Shown here: one piece after another, positions 1-11,502 of the stretch | How positions within the stretch are numbered: position 1 is the stretch's first letter | How the letters are laid out: each line of letters opens with the position of its first letter | Origin: Octopus sinensis | Taxonomy: Eukaryota | DNA length: 64,000 nt | Assembly (NCBI RefSeq): GCF_006345805.1 | Contig: NC_042999.1 | Location: forward strand, 36,952,001-37,016,000 | Reading direction: 5' to 3' | Position numbers and translations under genes: made by a program | The notes under the pieces: model-generated | Told to the model about the DNA's origin: nothing | Database searches by the model: none | Seen by the model: only the letters and a program-made list of their open reading frames with translations

Positions 1-115
1 GTATATATGATATATATATGTATATAGGTATATATATGTTTATGTATGTATATATATGTGTGCATATATATGTATATATGTATGTATACATATGAATATA
101 TATATGTATGTATAT

Positions 116-445
116 GTACATATATGCATGTATATATGTATATGTACATATATGCATGCATATATGTATATGTACATATATGCATGCATATATGTATATG
201 TACATATATGCATGCATATATGTATATGTACATATATGCATGCATATATGTATATGTACATAAATGCATGCATATATGTATATGTACATATATGCATACA
301 TATATGTATATGTACATGCATACATATATGTATATGTATATATATGCATGCATATATGTATATGTATATATATGCATGCATATATGTATATGTACATATA
401 TGCATGCATATATGTATATGTACATATATGCATGTATATGTATGT
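116..445. repeat. 28-bp purine/pyrimidine-alternating minisatellite (GTACATATATGCATGCATATATGTATAT), about 12 units, within a TA-rich tract (1-500)
   Basis: GTACA recurs at 116, 144, 172 and 200 (period 28). Each intact unit contains the 24-bp palindrome TACATATATGCATGCATATATGTA. Confidence 0.9.
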
Positions 446-516
446 ATATATATCTACATATATATATGTACATATATGTATGTGTGTATATGTATATATA
501 ATTTCTATTCCTTTAT

Positions 517-1345
517 GTTATATATTTTAATAATTAATGGTATCTTTATATATTATATATATGTAAAGCATGTTATATATGTATATATATTGTGGTAATT
601 GTCATTTTAGTAAATTTAGACATAATATTATGTCTAAAAGTTGATGAATACCACCTATTGATCCCCTTCCTTTTCTTATTGCTCTATAAATTAATGGTAA
701 AATAACTTTTTACCCTCACCCATTTAGTACACTCGGTAATGTAATTTCAATGCAATAAAAAAACACTTGTGTATTAATAATTGGGTATTCTACCAGCAGT
801 ATATTGGATAAATATTATCCCTTAGTTGGTTGGATTCACAACCTCTAACTTTCTTGGAATATATATATATATGTCGATCGCTATGTATATGTGTGAATAT
901 ATATAGATATGTGTATATCTATCTATCTATCTATCTATATATATATATATGTAAATTCCAAAAGAGTTAGAGGTTGTTAATTCAACCAACTAAGGGATAA
1001 TATCTATCCAATATACTGCTGGTAGAAAACCCAATTATTAATACACAAGTGTTTTTTTTATTTGCATGGCAACTACACTACTGAATGTAATAAATGGGTG
1101 AGAGTAAAAAAGTTTTTTACCCTTAATTTATGTAGCAATAAGAAATTAGAGGGGATTATCAGGTATTATGTCTTTTTTAAAAAGATCATTATAACAATAT
1201 ATATATACATGTATAGCATAATATGCTTTACATATGCAATATATAAAAATAGCAGTAATTATTAAAATATATAATGTTACATTATATATTTTAATAATTA
1301 CTGGTATTTTTATATATTGTATATATAAAGCATATTATGGTATAC
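517..1345. mobile_element. Foldback/inverted-duplicated non-coding element with a microsatellite spacer
   Basis: About 640-860 is the diverged reverse complement of about 955-1180 (e.g. AAAAAAACACTTGTGTATTAATAATTGGG vs CCCAATTATTAATACACAAGTGTTTTTTT). The spacer 860-950 is (TA)/(TCTA)n. About 1215-1275 and 1280-1340 form a terminal hairpin. A further partial copy lies at about 1590-1652. Confidence 0.75.
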
Positions 1346-1354
1346 ATGTATGTA

Positions 1355-1580
1355 TCATCATCATCGTTTAACGTCTGCTTTCCATGCTAGCATGGGTTCG
1401 ACGATTTGACTGACTGGTGAACCAGATGGCTGCACCAGGCTCCAATCTTGATCTGGCAGAGTTTCTACAGCTGGATGCCCTTCCTAATGCCAACCACTCC
1501 AAAATTTTGGGGGTGCTTTTACGTGCCACTGGCATGAGGGCCAGTCAGGTAGTATTGGCAACAGCCACGCCCAAATGGTA
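1355..1580 (-). mobile_element. RTE-clade LINE 3' end (family B)
   Basis: (CAT)n tail followed by CGTTTAACGTC...CCATGCTAGCATGGG...CTACAGCTGGATGCCCTTCCTAA, shared with the ORF-linked copy at 7940-8580. Confidence 0.8.
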
Positions 1581-1651
1581 TTTTAAAAAATAGACATAAT
1601 GTCTAAAAGATGATGAATACTACCTCTTGATCCCCACCATTTTCTTATTGC

Positions 1652-1691
<40 letters not shown>

Positions 1692-1703
1692 CATATATAT
1701 ATA

Positions 1704-2142
1704 TCACCTTGACCGACCAGTCCGTCGGGCGTCCATTTGACACCACTGGTCACAGCATGCTGTCCACTTCTCTCTGGATCACGCCTTCTTCATCCATGTG
1801 ATCGCAATTGCTCTCCTAAAATCGTAACTCCAGCATTGTGGAGGTCTTCCGAGTGGTCGTTTCTGCTCGCTCAGGTACCACTCGATAACTGCATGGGTCC
1901 ACCGATTATCGGTGAGCCGGGCGACGTGTCCAGCCCATCTAAACTTGCTGCGTGTATATTCTACAATGACATCCCTCACGCTGGACTTCTCTCTGATGAC
2001 TTCGGTGCTGATATGCTCTCTCAATGAGATTCCAAGCATTGACCTCTCCATGGCTCTTTGAGCCGTTACCAATCTCTGTTCTCTCTTTGTTGTAGCCCAT
2101 GTTTCACTACCATATAACATTGCAAGTAGAACTGCGCTATTG
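1704..2142 (-). mobile_element. 5'-truncated RTE-type LINE (RT C-terminal region plus 3' end)
   Basis: ORF 1779-2195 reads MLYGSETW...QRAMERSMLGISL...KFRWAGHVARLTDNRW...KRPLGRPP, typical RTE post-RT motifs. It is flanked by (TA)n. Confidence 0.85.
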
Positions 2143-2186
<44 letters not shown>

Positions 2187-2194
2187 CCCACACA

Positions 2195-2361
2195 TGTATA
2201 CGACGGGCTTCTTTCAGTTTCTGACTACCAAATCCACTCGTAAGGCTTTGGTTGGCCCGAAGCTATAGTAGAAGACACTTGTCCAAGTTGTCATGCAGCG
2301 GGACTGAACCCGGAACCATGTAGTTTGTAAGCAAGCTACTTACCACACAGCCACTCCTGCA

Positions 2362-2362
<1 letters not shown>
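2195..2362 (-). mobile_element. tRNA-derived SINE family A, head fragment
   Basis: Reverse complement of GCAGGAGTGGCTGTGTGGTAAGTAGC...GGGTTCAGTCCC...GAAAGAAGCCCGTCG, matching 22997-23455. Confidence 0.8.
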
Positions 2363-2412
<50 letters not shown>

Positions 2413-2521
2413 ATATATGTATATATATTTATAAGTATCTATATGTATATATTTCTATCTATGTATAATTCATATATATGTATTTTTTTATATTGATGTA
2501 TATATATATTTGTATATATGC

Positions 2522-2568
<47 letters not shown>

Positions 2569-3376
2569 CATATGTGTATGTATATATATATGTATGCATA
2601 TGTGTATGTATATATATATGTATGCATATGTGTATGTATATATATATGTATGCATATGTGTATGTATATATATATAATGCACATATGTATGTATATATAA
2701 TGTTTATATGTATATAGAAATGTGTGTGTATGTATATATGAAAAATATCATTATAGGTATAACAATACTATAAACAATTACGGAAAAATGAAAGAGAAAA
2801 AGATGTTGAATGAAAATCAGATTGAATACAAATTAGGCATCAATACATACGTGCGTTTCAAAGGATAATACAAATATGTAAGAAAAACATTATAACCATA
2901 GTAATTCTAATTAAATTAATACATTGTCATACATTGTCATAGTAAAAATGTACATACATGCAGAGAAAAAAACCAAAGCGGACTTAACAAGGAAAAAACA
3001 TCGATCAGAGAAGACTGGCTGGTGTAATTTTAGATAGTTACCTTACTCAAAAACTAGCCCTGGGTAGGGGAGACAATCAGAAAAAAGTAGGACAAAGAAA
3101 TGAATATATGAAGAAGAAAAATGCTATAAATTTAGAAGTGATAGAAAAAACGTATACACTTAAAACAAGGACATACATGTATGAATGCATGCACACATAC
3201 ACAACAAACACATATACTACTATTTTCATACTGTTATTACTTGCTCTGGCTGTTTTTTTATAAGTATGATGAATCGTTATTAGAAAACATTCTTTTGAAC
3301 TTATTTTTTACGACATGTGTATATATATATGTATGTATGAATAGTGTATATATATATATGTATATATATATATGTG

Positions 3377-3415
<39 letters not shown>

Positions 3416-4187
3416 ATAAATGTGTATATATGTATAAACATCTATATGTATACATGTTTGTATGTGTGTGTGTGTGTGTGTATAAATGTGTATATATGTA
3501 TAAACATCTATATGTATACATGTTTGTATATGTGTGTGTGTGTGTGTATAAATGTGTATATATGTATAAACATCTATATGTATACATGTTTGTATATGTA
3601 AATATGTGTACGTATATATATATGTACATGTGTATATATATATATACGTATATATCTATATACATATATATATATTTGTATACATATATGTATGTATGCA
3701 TATATATGTATATATATATATGTATGTATATATATATGTATGTAAACGTGTTTAGATATGCGTATGCATATATAAATATCTTTATATATGTATATAATGT
3801 ATATGTATATATGTGTATCTATGTATATATCTATATATATGTTTGTGTAAATATATATATTTGTATATATGTATATGTATTCATATTTGTGTGTATATAT
3901 ATATGTGTATGCATATATATGTACGTATATGCATATGTATGTATATGCATATTTATGTACGTATATATATATATATATATGTATGTACATGTATATATAT
4001 ATGTATTTGTATGTAAATATATGTGTATGTATATATATGTATATCTTGTATATATATATATGCATGTATACATATATGTGTATATATATATATGCATGTA
4101 TATATATATATATATATATATGTATATCTTGTATATATATGCATGTATATATATATATATATATATGTATATCTTGTATATATATGC

Positions 4188-4231
<44 letters not shown>
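2363..4231. repeat. TA/TG/CA microsatellite and minisatellite tracts (2363-2720 and 3310-4231) around a short unique AT-rich stretch
   Basis: Long alternating purine-pyrimidine runs, including three copies of a unit containing GTATAAATGTGTATATATGTATAAACATCTATATG at about 3410-3590. Confidence 0.9.
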
Positions 4232-4234
<3 letters not shown>

Positions 4235-5720
4235 AGACAGATGTGTAAACAACAAAAGACATATTAGTTTAGCGCTTGGCAAGTACACAGTCTTTTAGAT
4301 TTCAAGGCTGCTCTTCTCAACAGTAAGCAATACAGAAATAAACAGGGATAGAAAATAGAAAAATGGTTAGAGGCTAGTGAGCTATGATGGTGAATGCTGG
4401 ACAGTGGTGTCACACAAGATATCTGGGAAGAAGGGTAGATAATAAAGTAGTGTTGATCTCAAAATGACGGTGCACGTGTGTGTATGTGAGAGTGTATATG
4501 TGCGTGTGGAAGGAAGCTGGTGACCATGACATGTGCATGTGTATGTTAGTGGATGATGGTGTAAGTGCTCGGAAGTGGTCAGTGGTAGTGTGTGAGCTGG
4601 TGTAGGTGCTGGGAAGTGGTCAGAGCTAGTGTGTGCAGTGTGAGGTGATTGTGGGGGAAGCAAGGGTGGGTCTAAGGGATGGGATGTATAGGGATTGTAG
4701 GTTTAGAATGTGTAGGCATGGGGTAACGAGGGAGTGACGATGAAGGGAGAAGGCGGGTTGGAGTGAAGAGAGGAAGTAGGTGCCAAAGCAATAGGTTTGA
4801 GAGGGAGAGAGGAGGGGTTTCGATGAAGATAGGAGGAGAGTTGAGCCCATGTGGTGGAAAGGAGTGAAGAGAGAAGAATAATTCCTGCTCACGGCAAAGA
4901 CAGGAGTCCATATGGCCACTATGCAAGGACAATCCGAACACAGGTGTTGTAAAGAGTGACCGGTAGAGCGGAAATAGCATGAGACCAGGGTGCCATTGCA
5001 GAGTCGGATGTCTCGGAGGTTTTCTGTGAACTGGTCAGCCAAGCAGCGTCCTGTTCAACCAATGTATAGAGAAGGACAGAGAAAGCAAGAGATGCAGTAG
5101 ATGACGTTGCTAGAAGTGCAGGTGAAAGATTCAGTGATATGATAGTTGATGATGGGTGCCTTTGAGGAGGGTGGCGTTGGAGAGGTAAGGGCAAGTGCGG
5201 CAGTGTGGGTGAGAGCAGAGGAATAAGCTGGGTTGGGAGAAGCTGTTGATAAAGAGGTCTCATAGGTTGTGGGCTCGTTTGAAGGAGGGGAAGTGTCAGT
5301 TAGGGAAGATGTGCAAAGTGAAGAGGTCGCACTGGAGTCCCCGGAAAGCTCGGAGAATGGTATTGTGGTGGTGTGGTAGGTGAGAGGAAATGGGTGATGG
5401 CAGGGCGGGTGCGGGGGAGCAGATACAGGGTCCATAAAGCGTGCTCTGGCAAGGGCAGTATGTATAGTGGTGAGGGGATATCCATGTAGGTTGAAGTGGC
5501 GAGCCATGAGTTGAGGTTGAGTCTCAAAGTCATGGATGTCACTGCAGAGCCTGCGTAGATGGAGGAATAAGGGATGGAGAGCTTGGTGTGTTTAGGGTGG
5601 GAGGAGGAGAAGTTGAGGTATGAGTGTGAGTCTGTGTGTTTGTAGTGGGTGGAGGTGGTGAAAGTGGAGTGATGAATGCTGACCGAAAGTCGAGAAAGGC
5701 GACTGAAGTGTCGGAAATAG
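4235..5720 (-). mobile_element. Decayed 5'-truncated Penelope-like element: RT C-terminus/thumb, GIY-YIG endonuclease and 3' tail
   Basis: Minus-strand frames give SDTSVAFLD / HYKHTDSHSYLNFSSSHPKHTKLSIPYS (PLE RT), FTCTSSNVIYCISC..C..LYIG*TGR.LADQF.E.LRDI (GIY-YIG) and EQELFFSLHSFPPHGLN (endonuclease C-terminus). Stops and frameshifts are present. Confidence 0.9.
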
Positions 5721-5724
5721 TGCA

Positions 5725-5815
5725 GAGCCTGGTGCAGTCTCCTGGCTTCCCAGACCCTGGTTGAACCATCCAACCCATGCTAGCATAGAAAACGGACGTT
5801 AAACGATGATGATGA

Positions 5816-5820
<5 letters not shown>
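5725..5820 (+). mobile_element. RTE family B extreme 3' end with (GAT)n tail
   Basis: GAGCCTGGTGCAG...CCCATGCTAGCATAGAAAACGGACGTTAAACGATGATGATG; it abuts the 5' truncation point of the Penelope-like element. Confidence 0.8.
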
Positions 5821-5846
<26 letters not shown>

Positions 5847-5856
<10 letters not shown>

Positions 5857-6177
5857 TATTAGAGACAAAACCACTATTTTGCAAAACAAACAAGGAAAGA
5901 CTTAATCAATACATAAAATTTTAATAAATAGTCAAAAAAACCGCCACTACAATCGTTTCTTGTCTTGATCGACAATCTTCAGGTGGACTTCCAATTACAA
6001 GTCAGTTTCAAATAATGAAACTGACTTGTAATTGGAAGTCCACCTGAAGATTGTCGATCAAGACAAAACGATTGTAGTGGCGGTTTTTTTGACTATTTAT
6101 TAAAATTTTATGTATTGATTAAGTCTTTCCTTGTTTGTTTTGCAAAATAGTGGTTTTGTCTCTAATAATATTTTATA
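5847..6177. repeat. Near-perfect palindrome: arms 5847-6010 and 6016-6177, 5-nt loop AATAA
   Basis: Base-by-base reverse complementarity; the only difference I found is a 2-nt deletion in the right arm near 6065-6068. Confidence 0.95.
5944..5986 (-). ncRNA. Minimal type-I hammerhead ribozyme motif with intact core
   Basis: Minus strand reads CCAC-CTGAAGA-TTGTC-GATCAA-GACAA-GAAA-C-GATT-GTA-GTGG: stem I CCAC/GTGG, core CUGAAGA, 5-bp stem II, GAAA, 2-bp stem III, GUA cleavage triplet. Confidence 0.8.
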
Positions 6178-6321
6178 ATATTTTACTATAAAATTGGATT
6201 TAATCCTAAATCTGATTTTTTCCCTGTAAATTTGGATTTATTCCCTAATATTTATTATATATATATATATATATATGCATGTATATATACGTATATGTAT
6301 GTTTATACATATATGTATATA

Positions 6322-7551
6322 TTGGGTTGGCAACTAAGTTCCCGCCATCTTTTTAAATTTTGGAATCCACTTTTTTTGAGAATTCTATTTTTCAATCATT
6401 TTGGAATCTATTTTGTTTTTTTTATAGTTGATTTTAGTTAATTTTTGTTTGTTTTTAGATCATTAAAATGGAATGTTAAGTTAAGGAAAATGAGCATTTT
6501 CGACAACTTTTTCCTTTTAATCAAGGTTCTAAGGCTGCAAAAGCTACTTGCGACATTTGTGCTGTGTATGGAGAGGGTGCCATAGATGAAAGAACTGCTC
6601 GTGATTAGTTTGCCAAGTTCAAAAATGGAAATTTTGACCTCAAAGATGCACCTCGTTCTGGCCGTCCAGTTGAGTTCGATGAAGAGCGATTAAACCAACT
6701 TTTGCACGAAAGTTCTTGTCAAATGACAAGGGAACTGGCAGAGAAAATGGAATGCTCCCACACTGCTATAGAGAAACATCTTCACTCAATGGGAAAGGTT
6801 CAGAAGTATGGAGCTTGGGTTCTGCATACTTTAAGTGACAACAAAAAAAAATCAACGAGCCACAATCTCTGCTGGTTTACTTGCTCATCACTGCTCAACT
6901 CATGGACACAAGCAACGATTTCTTTACTGGCAACGAAAAATGGTGCCTGTACATCAATATGAAGCAGTGTAAAGAATGGCTTAGCCCCGGTAAACAAGGG
7001 ACACTGCACGTGAAAGAAGATCTTCATCCGCGTAAAACGATGTGTGTATGGTGGAACTGAGAAGGGATTATCCATTACGAATTGCTTGAACAGAACCAGA
7101 CGGTCAATGTGGAACTCTATGTTCAACAGATGGAACAGCTCAACACAGCTATTCAAGAGAAATCGACAGCATGGAGTTCTTCTGCTGCATGACAACGCCC
7201 GTCTTCATATAGCCAATATGACCAAGGAAGCCATTCAAACGCATGGCTGGAAAGTACTGCCACACCCCCCGTACTCTCCTGATTTGGCACCAACGGATTT
7301 CCACTTCTTTCGATCTCTTTCAAATGCTATGCGCTGAGTTTCATTCAATGCTGATGCAGAATCGAGAACTTGGATAAATTTTTCAAATCGTAATTGGGTG
7401 ATTTCTACCAACGAAATCTTGTTGAATGTTGGGAAGAAGTTATAAACAACAAGGGTGAATACATTATTGCTTAATTAGTTGTTATTTTTTATTAAGCCTT
7501 TAAGAAAATTAAAATTTCAAAAAAACCGCAGAAACTTGGTTGCCTACCCAA
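6322..7551 (+). mobile_element. Full-length decayed mariner (DD34D) transposon
   Basis: TIRs TTGGGTTGGCAACTAAGTT and reverse-complement TTGGGTAGGCAACCAAGTT, with TA on both sides. Transposase remnants run from ATG 6468 and include APRSGRP, WVLHTL (WVPHEL), HDNAR and YSPDLAPTD, with 34 residues between the last two catalytic D. Stops and frameshifts are present. Confidence 0.93.
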
Positions 7552-7565
7552 TATATGTATATATA

Positions 7566-7607
<42 letters not shown>

Positions 7608-7835
7608 TATGTATATATGTAAATATATTCATATATATATATATATACCCGTATGTATTTGTATATATATATATGTGTGTGTGTGTGTATATATAGGTAT
7701 ATATATCTATAAGTAGAGATATTATGTATATATATGTGTGTATATATATGTATAGGTATGTATATATTTATGTATATATATATATATGTATAAATGTATA
7801 TATATGTGTGTATATATACATATATGTATATATGC

Positions 7836-7868
<33 letters not shown>

Positions 7869-7939
7869 TGTAAATATATGTATATATATATATTTATGTA
7901 TGTATATAATGGTTGTACATGGATCTATATATGTATATA

Positions 7940-8580
7940 TCATCATCATCATCGTTTAATGTCCGTTTTCCATGCTAGCATGGGTTGGATGGTTCAACCG
8001 GAGTCTGGGAAGCCAGGAGGCTGTACCAGGCTCCACTCTGATCTGGCAGTGTTTTTACAGCTGGATGCCCTTCCTAACGCCAACCACTCCGTGAGTGTAG
8101 TGGGTGCTTTTTACGTGCCACCGGAAGCTGGCAATGGCCACTATCGGTTGGTGCTTTTTACGTGTCACCAGCTTGGACACCAGTCAAGGTGGCGCTGGCA
8201 TCGGCCACGTTTGGATGGTGCTTTTTACGTGCCACCAGCATGGGTATCACAACTATAATTTCCATTTGATTTTTATTTTGATGTTGATGTACTTGACTCA
8301 GTAGGTCTCCTCAAGCAGAGCAGGTCACCCTACGATCCAAGGTTAGCACAGCAGGCTGTCCTGTGAGCCATGAATTCACTTCATTTGTCGGGTTTTCACA
8401 GTCACAGCATATCTCAGAGGTCTCAGTCTTTCGTCATTGCCTCTGTGAGACCCAATGTTCAAAGGTCATGCTTGACCACCTCATCCCATCTCTCTTCACA
8501 CATTTCTCCTCATCCATCTGTAGTACATGACCATACCAATGCAAACGTCTCTCCTGCACGCCACATCCTTATGTCCAACA
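7940..8580 (-). mobile_element. 5'-truncated RTE LINE (family B): ORF C-terminus, 3' UTR and (GAT)n tail
   Basis: Minus strand reads [24 protein letters not shown]...RWDEVVKHDL*TLGLTEAMTKD at about 8400-8575, contiguous with the family-B 3' UTR. This links all family-B copies to an RTE LINE. Confidence 0.85.
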
Positions 8581-8944
8581 TTATATATGCTTATATATAT
8601 ATGTGTATATATATATATATAGGTATGTATATATACACATATATAGGTGTATTGGTATATATATTTGTATATAGGTGTATTGGTATATATATTTGTATAT
8701 ATATATATAGGTATAGGTATATACATGTATATATATATATATGTATATGTTTATACATGTATGTATATTTATATGTGTGTGTGTCCCTATATATATCCCT
8801 TTATATATCTATATATATGTATATATATATATCTATAAATATAGGTGTAATATATATGTATATGTGTATATATATATATATCTATGCATATATGCATATG
8901 GATATATGTATATATATGGTCATGTATATATGTATTCATCATAA

Positions 8945-9125
8945 TAAATTGCTAGCCACCTTACCTTTTTCTATTTTCTCTCCCTGTTTATTCCTGTGTT
9001 CCTTTATGTCAAAGGGCATAGGTTTGAAACGTAAAAGACTTTCTCCACTTCCCGAGCATTAAACTAATACATCTGTTTGTTGTTTACACACCCATTGCTG
9101 TCTTTTGTTTTTTTTGTAAATTCTC
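8945..9125 (+). mobile_element. Solo copy of the Penelope-like element 3' tail
   Basis: TTTTTCTATTTTCTCTCCCTGTTTATT...GAAACGTAAAAGAC...TAAACTAATA...TGTTGTTTACAC matches the reverse complement of about 4240-4380. Confidence 0.75.
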
Positions 9126-9814
9126 TCTATATGCATAGATATATCTATGCATAGATATGTGTATATGTATAATATATAAGTATAGATATATGTATATATG
9201 CATATGTACACATATGTATATATGTGTATAGGTATATATGTATATATTTACATGTATTTTTACATATGTCTTTATATGTATACGTATATGTATAGCTGTA
9301 TGTATGTATGTATATATGTATATATGTGTATAGGTATATATGTATATATTTACATGTATTTTTACATGTCTTTATATGTATACAGCTGTATGTATGTATA
9401 TATGTGTATAGGTATATATGTATATATTTACATGTATTTTTACATATATGTCTTTATATGTATACGTATATGTATAGCTGTATGTATATATATATATATA
9501 TATATAAACACGCTTATGTATGCTTATATATACGCCTGTGAATGCGTACATATTGATGAATATGTATACGGGCATGTATGTGTATTTGTGTGTCTATATA
9601 TATATATATATAGAGAGAGAGAGATTTATATATTTATGTGCATATATACACATACATATATCGATGGATGAATATATAAATAGTTATATGTATGTGTGTG
9701 TATGTTTATGCCTTGTTATATTCACGTGTGTATATGTTTAAATATAGTTATATGTACGTGTGTATATATTCGTGTATGTATATGTATATATTACGTATAT
9801 TTTATATATACATG

Positions 9815-9904
9815 CGTTGGTTCTCGGAAGTCGCGTCTATCTTAACAATTTTGTAAATAATAACTATTTCTTGTAGCCATTGCTTGTTGATTGCTTATTA
9901 GTTC

Positions 9905-9938
<34 letters not shown>

Positions 9939-11250
9939 GAAGGAAATTTTAGCATATTCGGTTATACTTTTAAGACAGCATTTCCTCTTTAATTGCTTGA
10001 GTAACGTTGATGTACTTCGTAATCTTCAACGTTGTATATCTTATGTTTGTATAAAGGTGAACATGCAGTCTTTTAATACATTTTGTGTAAATATTACTGG
10101 CCTCATGTCGGCTGTTTATATCGTCCAAATACGTCACATATTGGTTACGGATACTTTGGTCGCCTTATTTGAAGGAAGGAGCTAATGTCTGTTGGGTAGA
10201 GGTGTATTTTATCGGAATATAATACACTCACGGAAATTCTTTTGCGTGTCTCTGCCTATATTTGACCCAGGGTCACTCCTAGTCGACCTGACTTATGATT
10301 AAAGGTATTCCAGCCGGGACCATCCCCTCTTTACAATTCCGCCGAGGTCGACTTTGCCTTTCATCTTTTCGGGGTCGATAAATTAAGTACCAGTTACGCA
10401 CTGGGGTCGATGTAATCGACTTAATACCTATGTCTGTCCTTGTTTGTCCCCTCTGTGTCTAGCCCCTTGTGGGTAATAAAGAAATAGGTATTCCAGCCGA
10501 GACCATCCCCTCTTTACTGGTATTTACTTCTGCTTTACATTATTTTATTGCCCCCTCCTTCTTATTAACGGGTAGGGTGCGATTTGTGGGGGAAATGTGG
10601 TTGTTATTTCTTGCAGATCCAACAATCAGATATACTTTCGTTCGTTTTATGATATGCTCTTATCGTTAGTGGTGGATGGTAGGACTTCTCATTTTCGTTT
10701 AAATATATTGCTAAATTTTGTTTCCCTTTTACATGTGTATATTTCAGCTGCAAGTGAAACGAACACTCTTTGTGCTCATTCATAATTTTCAATCTCTGTA
10801 AAATTTAAAATGCAACAAAACAACATAATAATTGCTAACTGTTGCAGTATAGAAAATTCATCCATGAAACTTCTTTAATTAAACCCGCTTATTTAGTGTA
10901 GCCCACCGTAAAGGTTAATTCTCTTTGGGTGAGCGAGTTAGCAACCCCGGTTTTCATTTAGAAAGCATTTCCCTGCTTTAGGTCGCTATTACCACAGGGA
11001 AAATATAAACATTATGTTTTCATATTACCCTCCTATAAAAATCACTTTTCGCGCTTCCATACGCAATATGTTATTACCACACCCTTTGTAATTTCAGTTA
11101 CAATTTTAAATCGTAGTACTGTAAAATTGTTATGGTCAAATTTGTGCGACTCGTTCCAGAATAGGCTAATTGATATCAAAATAATAATAGCGATTAATCC
11201 AGAGTTTTCTCTTCTGTGTATTGATATATAATGTTTATATCAGGCTTTTA
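9815..11250. promoter_or_regulatory. Candidate promoter region, possibly the TBL1 TSS
   Basis: Largely unique, comparatively CpG-retaining DNA. Motifs: ETS CGGAAGT 9825-9831, CRE-like TACGTCA 10130-10136 next to ATTGG (CCAAT) 10140-10144, RFX half-site GTTAGCAAC 10937-10945, E2F TTTCGCGC 11047-11054. Motif evidence only. Confidence 0.35.
10335..10486 (+). mobile_element. SINE family C, 5'-truncated, with a 31-bp target-site duplication
   Basis: AATTCCGCCGAGGTCGACTTTGCC...TAAAGAAATA, flanked by GGTATTCCAGCCG(G/A)GACCATCCCCTCTTTAC at 10304-10334 and 10487-10517. Confidence 0.85.
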
Positions 11251-11424
11251 AGTATTATTATTAAGATAACAACTTGAGAGTGGGCACTGCCTGTACCAAA
11301 TAAGATTCAGGATGGAGTTTTGGCTATAAGTGAAGCATTTGGGATGTTTATTATTTTCATCAAAAAGGAACAAATATATGTGTGTGTGTATGTATATATA
11401 TAATATATATATAATATATATATA

Positions 11425-11478
<54 letters not shown>

Positions 11479-11502
11479 TATATATTATATATATATATAT
11501 AT

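Larger units (their letters stand above)
7552..9810. repeat. TA-rich simple-repeat tracts (7552-7938, 8580-8935, 9125-9810)
   Basis: Alternating TA/TG/CA runs; three copies of GTGTATAGGTATATATGTATATATTTACATGTATTTTTACAT at about 9220-9450. Confidence 0.85.

Noticed and set aside
2720-3310. Unique AT-rich stretch with a minus-strand AAG|GTAACT donor-like site
   Set aside because: No ORF, homology or paired acceptor; insufficient support for a divergent gene.
40-4298. Many long ORFs rich in Y/I/M/H/C/V (e.g. 3181-4248, 355 aa)
   Set aside because: They are translations of alternating TA/TG/CA repeats, which lack stop codons in several frames; no domain content.
6040-6080. Plus-strand hammerhead copy in the right arm of the palindrome
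   Set aside because: A 2-nt deletion removes G12 of GAAA, so it is not listed as a functional ribozyme.
7544-9741. ORFs 7544-7867, 7794-8258, 8370-9062 and 9198-9671
   Set aside because: Microsatellite plus RTE 3' UTR read-through artefacts.
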